Shown piece after piece: positions 1-7,458 of a stretch of 18,925 nucleotides of DNA. The stretch spans positions 1 through 18,925 of the forward strand of contig JBGSIV010000027.1 in assembly GCA_041742355.1 (NCBI GenBank). Direction: 5' to 3'. Source of the stretch: Candidatus Zixiibacteriota bacterium. Its GTDB lineage: Bacteria > Zixibacteria > MSB-5A5 > GN15 > FEB-12. The stretch's first letter is position 1. The number at the start of each line of letters is the position of its first letter. A program made the position numbers and the translations under genes. The notes under the pieces were generated by a model, which saw nothing but the letters and a program-made list of their open reading frames with translations, was not told where the DNA came from and did no database searches.

Positions 1-194
1 GGACTTTGCGCAATCGCCTGGTCTCTTCCAGGAAGGAATTTCTCGGCTATGGCGCCGACGTTGAGCCAGAGTAGCCTCTGCCGGCTGCAGGGCGAGCGGC
101 CGAGGAGAGATAAACGACTAATTTCCCCCGCTTTACCGTCATTGATCATGACCAATTTTCTCCAATATTGCCCGGCCTACCCAACATATTACTC

Positions 195-223
195 TTGACC
201 GAATCTGGTTTAAAGAGTATACT
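195..223 (+). promoter_or_regulatory. Sigma70-type promoter of the glycosylase gene
   Basis: TTGACC (195-200), 17-nt spacer, TATACT (218-223); ATG at 231 follows 7 nt after the -10 box. Confidence 0.75.
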
Positions 224-230
224 TGAGTCC

Positions 231-836
231 ATGCTTATCCCAACAGTAATCATTCGTCAGCTCCGGGGTTCTGACCCGGTGCTCGGGCAGGTCATTGATC
301 GTGTCGGCCGCCTCGATGTTACCCCGCGGCCCGGGGGTTACCACCATCTCGCGCAGTCGATCATCCATCAGGCGCTCGACCTGCGGGCCGCCGCGACGAT
401 TCACCAGCGTGTTCTCGACCGCGCCGAGTGCCGGCACCTGACGCCGGAGCGGCTTCTCGCACTCTCGGACGACACGCTGATCGCCTGCGGGCTGTCACGA
501 CCCAAGGCGCGGTATCTCCGAGGGTTAGCCGAGGCGGTGCAAAGTAATGGATTATCCTTCCGCCGGCTTTCCCGCCTTCCCGACGAACAGGTTGTCCGCG
601 AGCTGACGGCGATCAACGGGATCGGCGAGTGGACGGCCCAGATGTACCTGATATTCGTGCTGAACCGTCAGGATGTCTTCCCGATGCTCGATGTCGGGAT
701 CCGCAATGCGCTTTGCAAGGCCTACGACCTGCCGAAGGAGCGGTTCAAGGCCGAGGCTCCGGCAATCGCCGAATCATGGCGGCCGTATCGCTCGATCGCT
801 TCGCGATACCTCTGGGCCTCGCTCGATACCAAGTAG
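231..836 (+). CDS. alkA: DNA-3-methyladenine glycosylase II (AlkA / HhH-GPD family)
   Basis: SIIHQ..AAATI segment, GLSRPKARYL, helix-hairpin-helix LTAINGIGEWTAQM, R.DVFP.LD.G with the catalytic Asp, C-terminal WRPYRS.A..YLW. Start moved from the ORF-track TTG (168) to in-frame ATG 231 because the promoter lies inside the longer ORF. Confidence 0.88.
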   Translation: MLIPTVIIRQLRGSDPVLGQVIDRVGRLDVTPRPGGYHHLAQSIIHQALDLRAAATIHQRVLDRAECRHLTPERLLALSDDTLIACGLSRPKARYLRGLAEAVQSNGLSFRRLSRLPDEQVVRELTAINGIGEWTAQMYLIFVLNRQDVFPMLDVGIRNALCKAYDLPKERFKAEAPAIAESWRPYRSIASRYLWASLDTK

Positions 837-1159
837 AGGCGAAAGAGGCCGGCGATTTTGCCTGTCCGTACACTCTGTTCTATACTTACCGGGACGTCGG
901 GGCAATCTCCATCAGTTCGTCAGTGAATTTGGACAGAAGCGACAGCGGTGTTCCGAGGGCGAGGGACTCGGGGCAAGCGGTTACATGGCAGACGGATAGG
1001 GAGGGACGAACGGGTTGGGCACAGGGCGTTTTGGGGGCATTTGTCGGGGTGAGAATTGTGCGGAAAGGTCGGAAAATCGGTCGGTCGGGAGTCGGGGCGC
1101 AGGGTTGTTCAGCGAAGCAACGCTTGAAGGGCTGTGGCTGTCGGGGAAAGAGAAGAAAA

Positions 1160-1230
1160 AGCGGGCGATGGGAATCGGACCCACATCTCAAGCTTGGGAA
1201 GCTCGCATTCTACCACTGAACTACGCCCGC
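1160..1230 (-). tRNA. tRNA-Gly (anticodon CCC), CCA not encoded
   Basis: Minus strand folds as a cloverleaf: GCGGGCG TA GTTC AGTGGTA GAAT G CGAGC TTCCCAA GCTTG AGAT GTGGG TCCGATT CCCAT CGCCCGC T; U discriminator as in bacterial tRNA-Gly. Confidence 0.95.
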
Positions 1231-1251
1231 TTGATGCGTTTCAGTTCGACC

Positions 1252-1280
1252 AATCTATACGCCTCCACCACGTTTGTCAA
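1252..1280 (-). promoter_or_regulatory. Sigma70-type promoter of tRNA-Gly
   Basis: Minus strand TTGACA (1280-1275), 17 nt, TAGATT (1257-1252), about 20 nt upstream of the tRNA 5' end. Confidence 0.75.
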
Positions 1281-1301
1281 CCCCCGGCTTCTGAAAACCG
1301 A

Positions 1302-1829
1302 TCAGAACGGCAGGAGCCGCTTCATCACGGCGATTTGCCCTTTGTGGTGGGCTTCGTGTTCGACGAGGTGATACAGAATCCACTCGATCGTGTAGGTGGT
1401 CGGCGGGGCGTTCGGATCCCCCGGCTCCAAGGGCGAGAGCACGCGATCCAGATCCGAGTCGGAGAGTCCCGTCAGGATTTCCCGGGTCTCGGCGCGGGTC
1501 CGGTTTAGTTTCTCGAGGTAGAACTCCAGCGGCTCTCCGGATACCTGCGGAATACCCAGTCGGATGGGAAACGCAATTCCCCACTCCTCTTCGCTCATGG
1601 GGATTCGGCAGATGTCCTCCTGGATCCAGGACACCTCGACGGCCGCGATATGCAGGAGTACGGTTCCGATCGATTCAACCCGGTCGTTCGGATGCCAGGA
1701 GAGTTGTTCGGGCGTGAGTCCATCGACGTAGTGCCTGACCCGGCGGCGGACATCCTCAAGCATGGCAACATACCGCCCAATCCGTTCGGAGAACTCAACT
1801 TCCGGAGAAACTTGAAAGTGTCGATTCAT
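1302..1829 (-). CDS. DinB/YfiT-family protein (four-helix metal-binding fold, possible thiol S-transferase)
   Basis: GLT.EQL.W.P...SIG..LLHIA..E..W N-terminal signature and C-terminal IL.HLVEHEAHHKGQI His motif; ATG 1829 is preceded by SD AAGGAG, so it is preferred over the ORF-track start at 1925. Confidence 0.85.
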   Translation of the reverse strand: MNRHFQVSPEVEFSERIGRYVAMLEDVRRRVRHYVDGLTPEQLSWHPNDRVESIGTVLLHIAAVEVSWIQEDICRIPMSEEEWGIAFPIRLGIPQVSGEPLEFYLEKLNRTRAETREILTGLSDSDLDRVLSPLEPGDPNAPPTTYTIEWILYHLVEHEAHHKGQIAVMKRLLPF

Positions 1830-1871
1830 GCCCGTGCTCCTTTCGACGGTTGTTCTGGGGGGCTTGGAGGC

Positions 1872-1910
1872 AAAAAAAACTGCCCCCGGCGCATCACAAG
1901 CCAGGGGCAG
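1872..1910 (-). terminator. Intrinsic terminator
   Basis: Minus strand CTGCCCCTGGC / 9-nt loop / GCCGGGGGCAG (11 bp, one G-U) followed by T8. Confidence 0.85.
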
Positions 1911-1952
1911 CCACCACTCACTCACTCACATGAAATTCGAACTACTACTGCC
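1872..1952 (-). ncRNA. Candidate small RNA or attenuated leader (~80 nt)
   Basis: Bounded by an ECF-type promoter and an intrinsic terminator; the 5' end is approximate and no known RNA family was recognised. Confidence 0.4.
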
Positions 1953-1958
1953 ACGATA

Positions 1959-1984
1959 AACGGAACCTGGACTATTTTTGTTCC
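1959..1984 (-). promoter_or_regulatory. Candidate ECF sigma-factor promoter
   Basis: Minus strand GGAAC (1984-1980), 17 nt, CGTT (1962-1959); fits the GGAA(C/T)-N17-(C)GTT pattern of actinobacterial SigH/SigE/SigR-type ECF promoters. Confidence 0.55.
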
Positions 1985-2015
1985 TGTTTCCGTCGAAGAT
2001 TTTCAGGAAATCTTC

Positions 2016-2606
2016 CTACTGGTAGTAGGGGTTCACCCCGGAGGCGTGATCGGTCACATCGAGGATGTCGGTGACCTCGGGAATCTCCTGTCGGATGGCC
2101 TGTTCGATTCCATTCTTCAGTGTAATATTCGCAGAGGCGCACCCCTGGCAACCGCCGCCGAGGCGGAGGTAGACCCGGGTTCCCTCGACATCGTGCAGTT
2201 CCACAAAGCCGCCGTGGGAGGCGATCTGCGGGTTGATCTGGTCGTCGAAGAGCTTCTGGACGCGCTCGCGGATCTGCTCCTCGGACGGCGTTTTCTTGCG
2301 GATGTCCGGATCGATCAGGGTCTTCCCCGCGCTGATCTGCTCCCGGATCGCCGTCCCGATCTGCCGGCCGAGCACCGGCCAGGGATCGAGGGTTGATTTG
2401 GCGATGGTCAGGGTGTTGCCTGACACCATTACTTCGGCCACCCCATCGATCGCGAAAAGCGCCTCGAGGAGGGGGGATCCTTTGGCGGTTTCGGCGTTCC
2501 GGCAGGTGACGGTCCCATCCGGGAACAGGGGGCGGTCGACGATAAACCGGCAGACCCCCGGGTCGAGGGTCGGTTCGCCGGTGATATTGATCTTATTCTC
2601 GGTCAT
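2016..2606 (-). CDS. NifU/NfuA-type Fe-S cluster carrier (Nfu N-terminal scaffold domain + NifU C-terminal domain)
   Basis: N-terminal EPT.DP....F and SPL...LFAIDGV..V......TI.K....W; C-terminal INPQIASHGG.VEL...V.LRLGGGCQGC...TLKNGIE with the CxxC motif; SD GAGGTGA. Confidence 0.9.
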   Translation of the reverse strand: MTENKINITGEPTLDPGVCRFIVDRPLFPDGTVTCRNAETAKGSPLLEALFAIDGVAEVMVSGNTLTIAKSTLDPWPVLGRQIGTAIREQISAGKTLIDPDIRKKTPSEEQIRERVQKLFDDQINPQIASHGGFVELHDVEGTRVYLRLGGGCQGCASANITLKNGIEQAIRQEIPEVTDILDVTDHASGVNPYYQ

Positions 2607-2624
2607 GGCTCACCTCTCAGCTCT

Positions 2625-3755
2625 TTAGACATCGAAACTCTGGGCCTGCGATCCGGCTTCATCGAGCGCCAGCAGGCGCCCGTAGGTGTAGATCCCGGTT
2701 CCGTGGCCGTCCGAGAACTGGATCGACAGGCCGTAGCGGCCGACCGGATGCACGTCTTTTATACTGATATCCAGCGGAACGCGATTCTTGTCGAGGGTGC
2801 GCACGCCGCTGTCTTCGTCGACACACTGCGCACAGCCGCAGTTCACGCGCAGGTGGTACGGGGTATGCATGCTGGTGTGGTCGTCCCCCCAGAGGATTTT
2901 CAGACGGCCGTCCTCGGTGAATTCGATCTTTTGCGGCTGGTCGGGGGCCATCTGGCCGGCAATCTCGTTGAGGTTGCGGCGAACTTCCGCCGCCACCGAG
3001 AGAATCGCCCGGGCCGACGGCGAGCCGGAATCCGCGAACACCACCGGTTTCCCCTCTTCGCCGCTGCGCATGATATCCGGGTCCAGCGGGAGCGCCCCGA
3101 GGAACGGGACATCGAACTCCTGCGCCATCTTCTTCCCGCCGCCCTGCTTGAACACCGGGGTCATTTCCCCGCAGTGTTTGCAGACGAAGCCGCTCATATT
3201 TTCGATCACGCCGATAATCGGTACGTTGACCTGGTTGAACATGCGGACGCCTTTGCGGGCGACGCCGAGGGCGACGTCCTGCGGGGTGGTGACGATCACC
3301 GCTCCCGACAGCGAGGCCTGCTGGGCCAGGGTCAGCTGGACATCACCGGTGCCCGGGGGGAGGTCGATGAGGAGGTAGTCCAGTTCGCCCCACATAACGC
3401 CGCCGATGAACTGCTGGATCATCTTGGTCGCCATGGGCGCCCGCCAGACGACCGGGCCGTCGTTGGGCACCAGTTGTCCCATGGAGACGAATTTGATTCC
3501 GTGCTGCACGACCGGCTCGAGGAAGTTGTCGCCGATTACCGGCTTGGCCGTCGATCCGAGCATGCCGGGCTGGCTGGGGCCGTAGATGTCGGCGTCCATC
3601 AGGCCGACGGTTGCCCCCATGTACTTGAGCGCATAGGCGAGGTTGACGGCGACCGTGGATTTTCCCACGCCCCCTTTGCCGCTGGCGATAGCCACGATAT
3701 TCCTGACACCCTCGATACCCGGACGAGCCGGTGCTGCTTTAGCCTGTTCTTTCAT
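2625..3755 (-). CDS. apbC: Mrp/ApbC/NBP35 Fe-S cluster carrier ATPase fused to a C-terminal DUF971 (GBBH-N-like) domain
   Basis: Deviant Walker A GKGGVGKST, DADIYGPS, DLPPGTGD, ENMS..CxxC (CKHC); C-terminal LR.NCGCAQC...VGRYGLSIQFSDGH.TGIY typical of DUF971. Confidence 0.9.
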   Translation of the reverse strand: MKEQAKAAPARPGIEGVRNIVAIASGKGGVGKSTVAVNLAYALKYMGATVGLMDADIYGPSQPGMLGSTAKPVIGDNFLEPVVQHGIKFVSMGQLVPNDGPVVWRAPMATKMIQQFIGGVMWGELDYLLIDLPPGTGDVQLTLAQQASLSGAVIVTTPQDVALGVARKGVRMFNQVNVPIIGVIENMSGFVCKHCGEMTPVFKQGGGKKMAQEFDVPFLGALPLDPDIMRSGEEGKPVVFADSGSPSARAILSVAAEVRRNLNEIAGQMAPDQPQKIEFTEDGRLKILWGDDHTSMHTPYHLRVNCGCAQCVDEDSGVRTLDKNRVPLDISIKDVHPVGRYGLSIQFSDGHGTGIYTYGRLLALDEAGSQAQSFDV

Positions 3756-3849
3756 TAGTCGTCCTTATTATCACGCAGTAGTTTTCACTGAACTTATGTA
3801 TCACCCGGGCCGCCTGGAGTGAGCGTCGCGGTGCGGCGAGGGTAATTGA

Positions 3850-3858
3850 GTTATAACA
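3850..3858 (-). promoter_or_regulatory. Possible extended -10 promoter for apbC-nfu
   Basis: Minus strand TG-T-TATAAC about 95 nt upstream of the apbC ATG; no convincing -35. Confidence 0.35.
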
Positions 3859-3927
3859 CCCGGCAGGGTGCTTTGTTCGGTCCGGGCGGTCGGGACCGAT
3901 CCGGGGCACGTGGAGAGTCGGACCCGC

Positions 3928-4767
3928 CTACCGGTCATCGGTCCGACCGTACGGGAGGCGATCCGTCTCCGCGGTTTCCTCTTCAGCTTCCCGGCGAAGC
4001 CGCTTGCGCTGGACCAAGTAGACCACCACGATCGAGATTTCGTACAGCAGGTACATCGGCACGCCGAGGAGCAGTTGCGAGACTACGTCGGGGGGCGTGA
4101 AGATGGCCGCGACGATGGCTATACCGACGACGGCGTACCGGCGTGCCCGGGAGAGGGTCGCCGCCCGGACTACCCCGACCTTGCCGAGGAAGTACGCCAG
4201 GATAGGAAGCTGGAAGGCGAGGCCGAACGCCAGCATCATCAGTCCGATGTAGTTGAGATAGCTTGAGACGGTGATGAGGTTGGTGATCTGTTCATCGGCG
4301 AACCCGAGCAGGTAGCTGGTGGCCAGCGGGAGCACCGCGAGGTAGCAGAAGCCGGCCCCGACGATAAAGAGCGCGGTCGACGCCGTCACCAGCGGCAGCA
4401 CGGCGGTCTTTTCACGCCGGTAGAGGCCCGGCGAGATGAACTTCCACATCTGGTAAAAGATGATGGGGATGGCCGCGAAGATGCCGGTCATGATCGAGAT
4501 CTTCAGGTAGGCGTAGAACGTCCCGGCGACTTCGGTGTTGTACAGCGGCACGCCGTGGAGCGGAAACTGCATCAGGCGCACCAGTTCGTCGGAGAAGTAG
4601 AATGCGGCGCAGGTGGTGATCAGTACGGCGACGGCTGATTTCAGCAGTCGTTGCCGCAACTCCTCGAGGTGTTCCAGGAACGGCATGCTCCTGGCGGCCT
4701 CTTCGGGGCGGCTGTTGTCACGCCGGGATTCATCCGGGATTTGCTGGGTATCGGAACGGTCGGCCAT
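3928..4767 (-). CDS. tatC: Twin-arginine translocase subunit TatC
   Basis: MPFLEHLEELR.RL, YQ.W.FI.PGL...E, FG..FQLP, RRYA......A.FTPPD..SQ.LL..P...LYE; multiple TM helices. The exact start is uncertain. Confidence 0.95.
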   Translation of the reverse strand: MADRSDTQQIPDESRRDNSRPEEAARSMPFLEHLEELRQRLLKSAVAVLITTCAAFYFSDELVRLMQFPLHGVPLYNTEVAGTFYAYLKISIMTGIFAAIPIIFYQMWKFISPGLYRREKTAVLPLVTASTALFIVGAGFCYLAVLPLATSYLLGFADEQITNLITVSSYLNYIGLMMLAFGLAFQLPILAYFLGKVGVVRAATLSRARRYAVVGIAIVAAIFTPPDVVSQLLLGVPMYLLYEISIVVVYLVQRKRLRREAEEETAETDRLPYGRTDDR

Positions 4768-4776
4768 ATGGGTGAA

Positions 4777-4805
4777 AATGTCGGGGTTGATCGGGGGAAT
4801 GTCAA
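4777..4805 (-). promoter_or_regulatory. Possible sigma70 promoter of tatC
   Basis: Minus strand TTGACA (4805-4800), 17 nt, GACATT (4782-4777), 9 nt before ATG 4767. Confidence 0.5.
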
Positions 4806-4857
4806 TCCGAATGTTCGGCGGATCCTGCGGGGGCCGGATCGGGGCAGCGCGGTGCGC

Positions 4858-5307
4858 TCATTTGAGCAGCTTCTTGATCTCTTCGAGGAATTCGGTCGTG
4901 TCGCGGAATTTGCGGTAGACCGAGGCGAAGCGGACGTAGGCGATTTCGTCGACCGCCCGGAGCTTTTCCATCACCAGTTCCCCGAGCTCGGCGGACGGAA
5001 TCTCGTTCTTGGGGCGAGCGTTGATTTCGGCCTCGATATCGTCGACCATCGCCTTGACCTGGTCCCGGTTGACCGGCAGCTTGTTGCAGGCGAGTTTGAT
5101 GCCGTACTCGATCTTGTTCCGGTCGAACGGCTCCCGGCGGCCGTCGGTCTTGATCACGATGATCTGCGTGTGCTCGACATATTCGTAGGTCGTGAAGCGG
5201 TGCTTGCACTCAAGGCACTCGCGGCGGCGGCGGATCGCGCGGCCGTCGTGCGACTTCCGGCTGTCCACCACCTTGTCTTCTTCATGTCCGCAGTTGGGGC
5301 ACTTCAT
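4858..5307 (-). CDS. nrdR: Transcriptional repressor NrdR
   Basis: MKCP.C....KVVDSR.......IRRRRECLEC..RFTTYE zinc ribbon, ATP cone, AYVRFASVYR.F. Confidence 0.97.
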   Translation of the reverse strand: MKCPNCGHEEDKVVDSRKSHDGRAIRRRRECLECKHRFTTYEYVEHTQIIVIKTDGRREPFDRNKIEYGIKLACNKLPVNRDQVKAMVDDIEAEINARPKNEIPSAELGELVMEKLRAVDEIAYVRFASVYRKFRDTTEFLEEIKKLLK

Positions 5308-5346
5308 GGGTGAGCGATGTCAACGATGTCTGCCGGAGGGGCCGGG

Positions 5347-5679
5347 CTACTTTTCGGACACCCCTTCCGACTCTCTCTTCACCCAGTCCACGTACTCCGA
5401 CAGGCCGTCGGTCACCGGGATCGCGATGATCTCCGGCAGTTCGTAGGGGTGGACATCTTCGACGAATTCCTTGAGGGCATCGAACCGCGCCGGGGTCGTC
5501 TTGATGATCAGCAGCGCTTCTTCATCGAACTGCGCCTCTCCCTCCCACATGAAGAACGATTCGATTTTGGGCAGGATGTTGACACAGGCCGCGAGGCGGT
5601 TTTCGACCAGGGCCTTGGCCATGTTCCTGGCCTCATCGCGCGGCAGCGAGACAAACACGACACACACTTCCGAGTTCAT
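5347..5679 (-). CDS. cutA: Divalent-cation tolerance protein CutA
   Basis: LVE.RLAACVNI.P...S.F.WEG....E...IIKT and HPYELPEII motifs; start overlaps the upstream stop (ATGA). Confidence 0.93.
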   Translation of the reverse strand: MNSEVCVVFVSLPRDEARNMAKALVENRLAACVNILPKIESFFMWEGEAQFDEEALLIIKTTPARFDALKEFVEDVHPYELPEIIAIPVTDGLSEYVDWVKRESEGVSEK

Positions 5680-5987
5680 TCGCGTACCTCCCGTCCGAGC
5701 TTTTCCTCAACCGAACGGACTTTGCCGGCGAGGCGGTTTTTGGCGCCTTTGCGGTCATCTATAGAAATCACGATGTAAATGCGATTGTGTCCCCGCCGGC
5801 GGAGCATCAGGCGTGCCTTGTTCAGGAGGCCCATCACCGGCTCCCAGTCCCCTTCGATAACGGTGGACATCGAGCCGAGCTTGTACGGCAGCCCCGACCG
5901 GTCGATCAGATCGATGACTTTCGCCACCTCCTCCGATACCGACGCGTTCCCGCGTCCTGTCGGAAACATGCTCACCTGAAACAGCAT
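5676..5987 (-). CDS. MTH1187/YkoF-like (thiamine-binding) family protein
   Basis: S.FP.G...SVS..VA..ID.I..SGL.Y.LG.M.T.IEG.W..V...ID.R...RL..KV.SVE; ATG 5987 follows SD AAGGAG. Confidence 0.85.
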   Translation of the reverse strand: MLFQVSMFPTGRGNASVSEEVAKVIDLIDRSGLPYKLGSMSTVIEGDWEPVMGLLNKARLMLRRRGHNRIYIVISIDDRKGAKNRLAGKVRSVEEKLGREVRE

Positions 5988-6037
5988 GGCACTCTTCTCC
6001 TTCTCTCCTCGCCGCGATCGGCTGACGAATCCGCCCG

Positions 6038-6066
6038 AATATACGTATTCCCCCCGCCGGGCACAA
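6038..6066 (-). promoter_or_regulatory. Sigma70-type promoter for MTH1187-cutA-(nrdR)
   Basis: Minus strand TTGTGC (6066-6061), 17 nt, TATATT (6043-6038). Confidence 0.55.
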
Positions 6067-6078
6067 CCCATTCCGCAA

Positions 6079-6108
6079 GAAACGCCGTCCCGGCGGGGGC
6101 GGCGTTTC
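6079..6108 (-). terminator. Probable terminator hairpin after glyA
   Basis: 13-bp inverted repeat GAAACGCCGTCCC/GGGGCGGCGTTTC (one imperfect pair), about 25 nt past the glyA stop; weak U-tract. Confidence 0.55.
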
Positions 6109-6132
6109 CGGAAAGAACTATGTCAGAATCGG

Positions 6133-7389
6133 TCAAACGCTCTCGGCCAGTTCCCGATAGAGCGGGAATCGGTCGCACAGCACGGCCACTTCCCGGGCGA
6201 TGTGCGCCAGTGCGTCGTCATCCTTGCGGTTCTGAATCGCCCGGTCGATGAGGTCGGCGATGATTTCCATCTCGGCCGGCCCCATGCCGCGTGTCGTTAC
6301 GGCCGGTGTCCCGATTCGGATGCCGGAGGTTACGAACGGCTTCTCCGGGTCGAACGGCACGGTATTCTTATTGACCGTGATTCCGGCCTTGTCCAGCGTG
6401 GTTTCGACTTTCTTGCCGGTGAGTTTCTCGATCCCGATAAACGAGACGAGCATCAGGTGGGTATCGGTGCCGCCGGTCACGAGTTTGTAGCCGCGCTTTT
6501 TGAGCGCCTCGGCGAGGGTCGCGGCGTTCTTGACGATCCGTTTCTGGTACTCCTTGAACTCGGGCTGCAGGGCCTCTCTGAAGGCCACCGCTTTCGCCGC
6601 GATAATGTGCATGAGGGGGCCACCCTGGATTCCCGGCATGACGGTGCGGTCGAGATCCGCCGCGTATTTCTCCTTGCACATCACGACGCCGCCGCGCGGG
6701 CCGCGCAGGGTCTTGTGCGTGGTCGAGGTGACGAAGTCGGCGTAGGGAATCGGGGAGGGATGGATCCCGGCCGCCACGAGCCCGGCGATGTGGGCGATGT
6801 CGACCATCATGTACGCCCCGCAGGCGTCACAGGCTTCGCGGATCCGCTTGAAGTCGAGTGTCCGCGGGTAGGCGGAGGCGCCGGCCACGATCAGTTTCGG
6901 CTGGACCTCTTTCGCCTGCGCCAACAGGGCGTCGTAGTCGATCGTCTCTGTTTCGCGGTTGACCTGATAACCATGGAACTCGTACAGCTTGCCGGAGAAA
7001 TTGATCGGGTGGCCGTGAGTGAGGTGCCCGCCGTGGGACAGATCCAGCCCCATGACCTTGTCGCCCGGATTGAGGATAGTCATGTACACGGCCATGTTGG
7101 CCTGTGACCCGGAGTGGGGCTGCACGTTGGCGTGTTCGCAGCCGAAAAGTTGTTTGAGCCGCTCGCGGGCGAGATCCTCGGCGACATCCACCCACTCGCA
7201 GCCGCCGTAATATCGCTTGCCGGGATACCCTTCAGCGTATTTATTAGTCATGACACCGCCGGCAGCCTCCATGACCGCCATCGAGACGAAATTCTCCGAG
7301 GCAATCAATTCCAGCTTGTGTGCCTGACGGTCGGTTTCCTTCTGCATTGCGGCGTATATTTCGGGATCGACATCCTTCAGGTACGACAT
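6133..7389 (-). CDS. glyA: Serine hydroxymethyltransferase
   Basis: [48 protein letters not shown]-lysine motif [28 protein letters not shown]. Confidence 0.99.
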   Translation of the reverse strand: MSYLKDVDPEIYAAMQKETDRQAHKLELIASENFVSMAVMEAAGGVMTNKYAEGYPGKRYYGGCEWVDVAEDLARERLKQLFGCEHANVQPHSGSQANMAVYMTILNPGDKVMGLDLSHGGHLTHGHPINFSGKLYEFHGYQVNRETETIDYDALLAQAKEVQPKLIVAGASAYPRTLDFKRIREACDACGAYMMVDIAHIAGLVAAGIHPSPIPYADFVTSTTHKTLRGPRGGVVMCKEKYAADLDRTVMPGIQGGPLMHIIAAKAVAFREALQPEFKEYQKRIVKNAATLAEALKKRGYKLVTGGTDTHLMLVSFIGIEKLTGKKVETTLDKAGITVNKNTVPFDPEKPFVTSGIRIGTPAVTTRGMGPAEMEIIADLIDRAIQNRKDDDALAHIAREVAVLCDRFPLYRELAESV

Positions 7390-7429
7390 CTCTTATCTCC
7401 GTATTTTGCGGACCATTCGCTATTGCGAG

Positions 7430-7458
7430 AATGTACGCAAAATGGCTACACGGGTCAA
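7430..7458 (-). promoter_or_regulatory. Sigma70-type promoter of glyA
   Basis: Minus strand TTGACC (7458-7453), 17 nt, TACATT (7435-7430), about 40 nt upstream of the ATG with SD GGAG. Confidence 0.7.

Noticed and set aside
1..149. Minus-strand frame MINDGKAGEISRLSLLGR... open to the left edge
   Set aside because: Only about 49 codons are visible, with no recognisable motif or clear SD; it cannot be supported.
629..1584. Several ORF-track entries over the alkA 3' end, spacer and tRNA
   Set aside because: Low-complexity Arg/Gly/Pro-rich translations overlapping the tRNA or better-supported genes.
1930..1959. Plus-strand mini-ORF MKFELLLPR with CTA-CTA-CTG, resembling a leucine attenuator peptide
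   Set aside because: No SD and no plus-strand gene downstream; ilvE is far away on the other strand. More likely the antisense of the candidate RNA.
5988..6132. TPP riboswitch upstream of the MTH1187/thiamine-binding family gene
   Set aside because: No CUGAGA or CCUGAU core; the region is explained by a terminator hairpin and a promoter.
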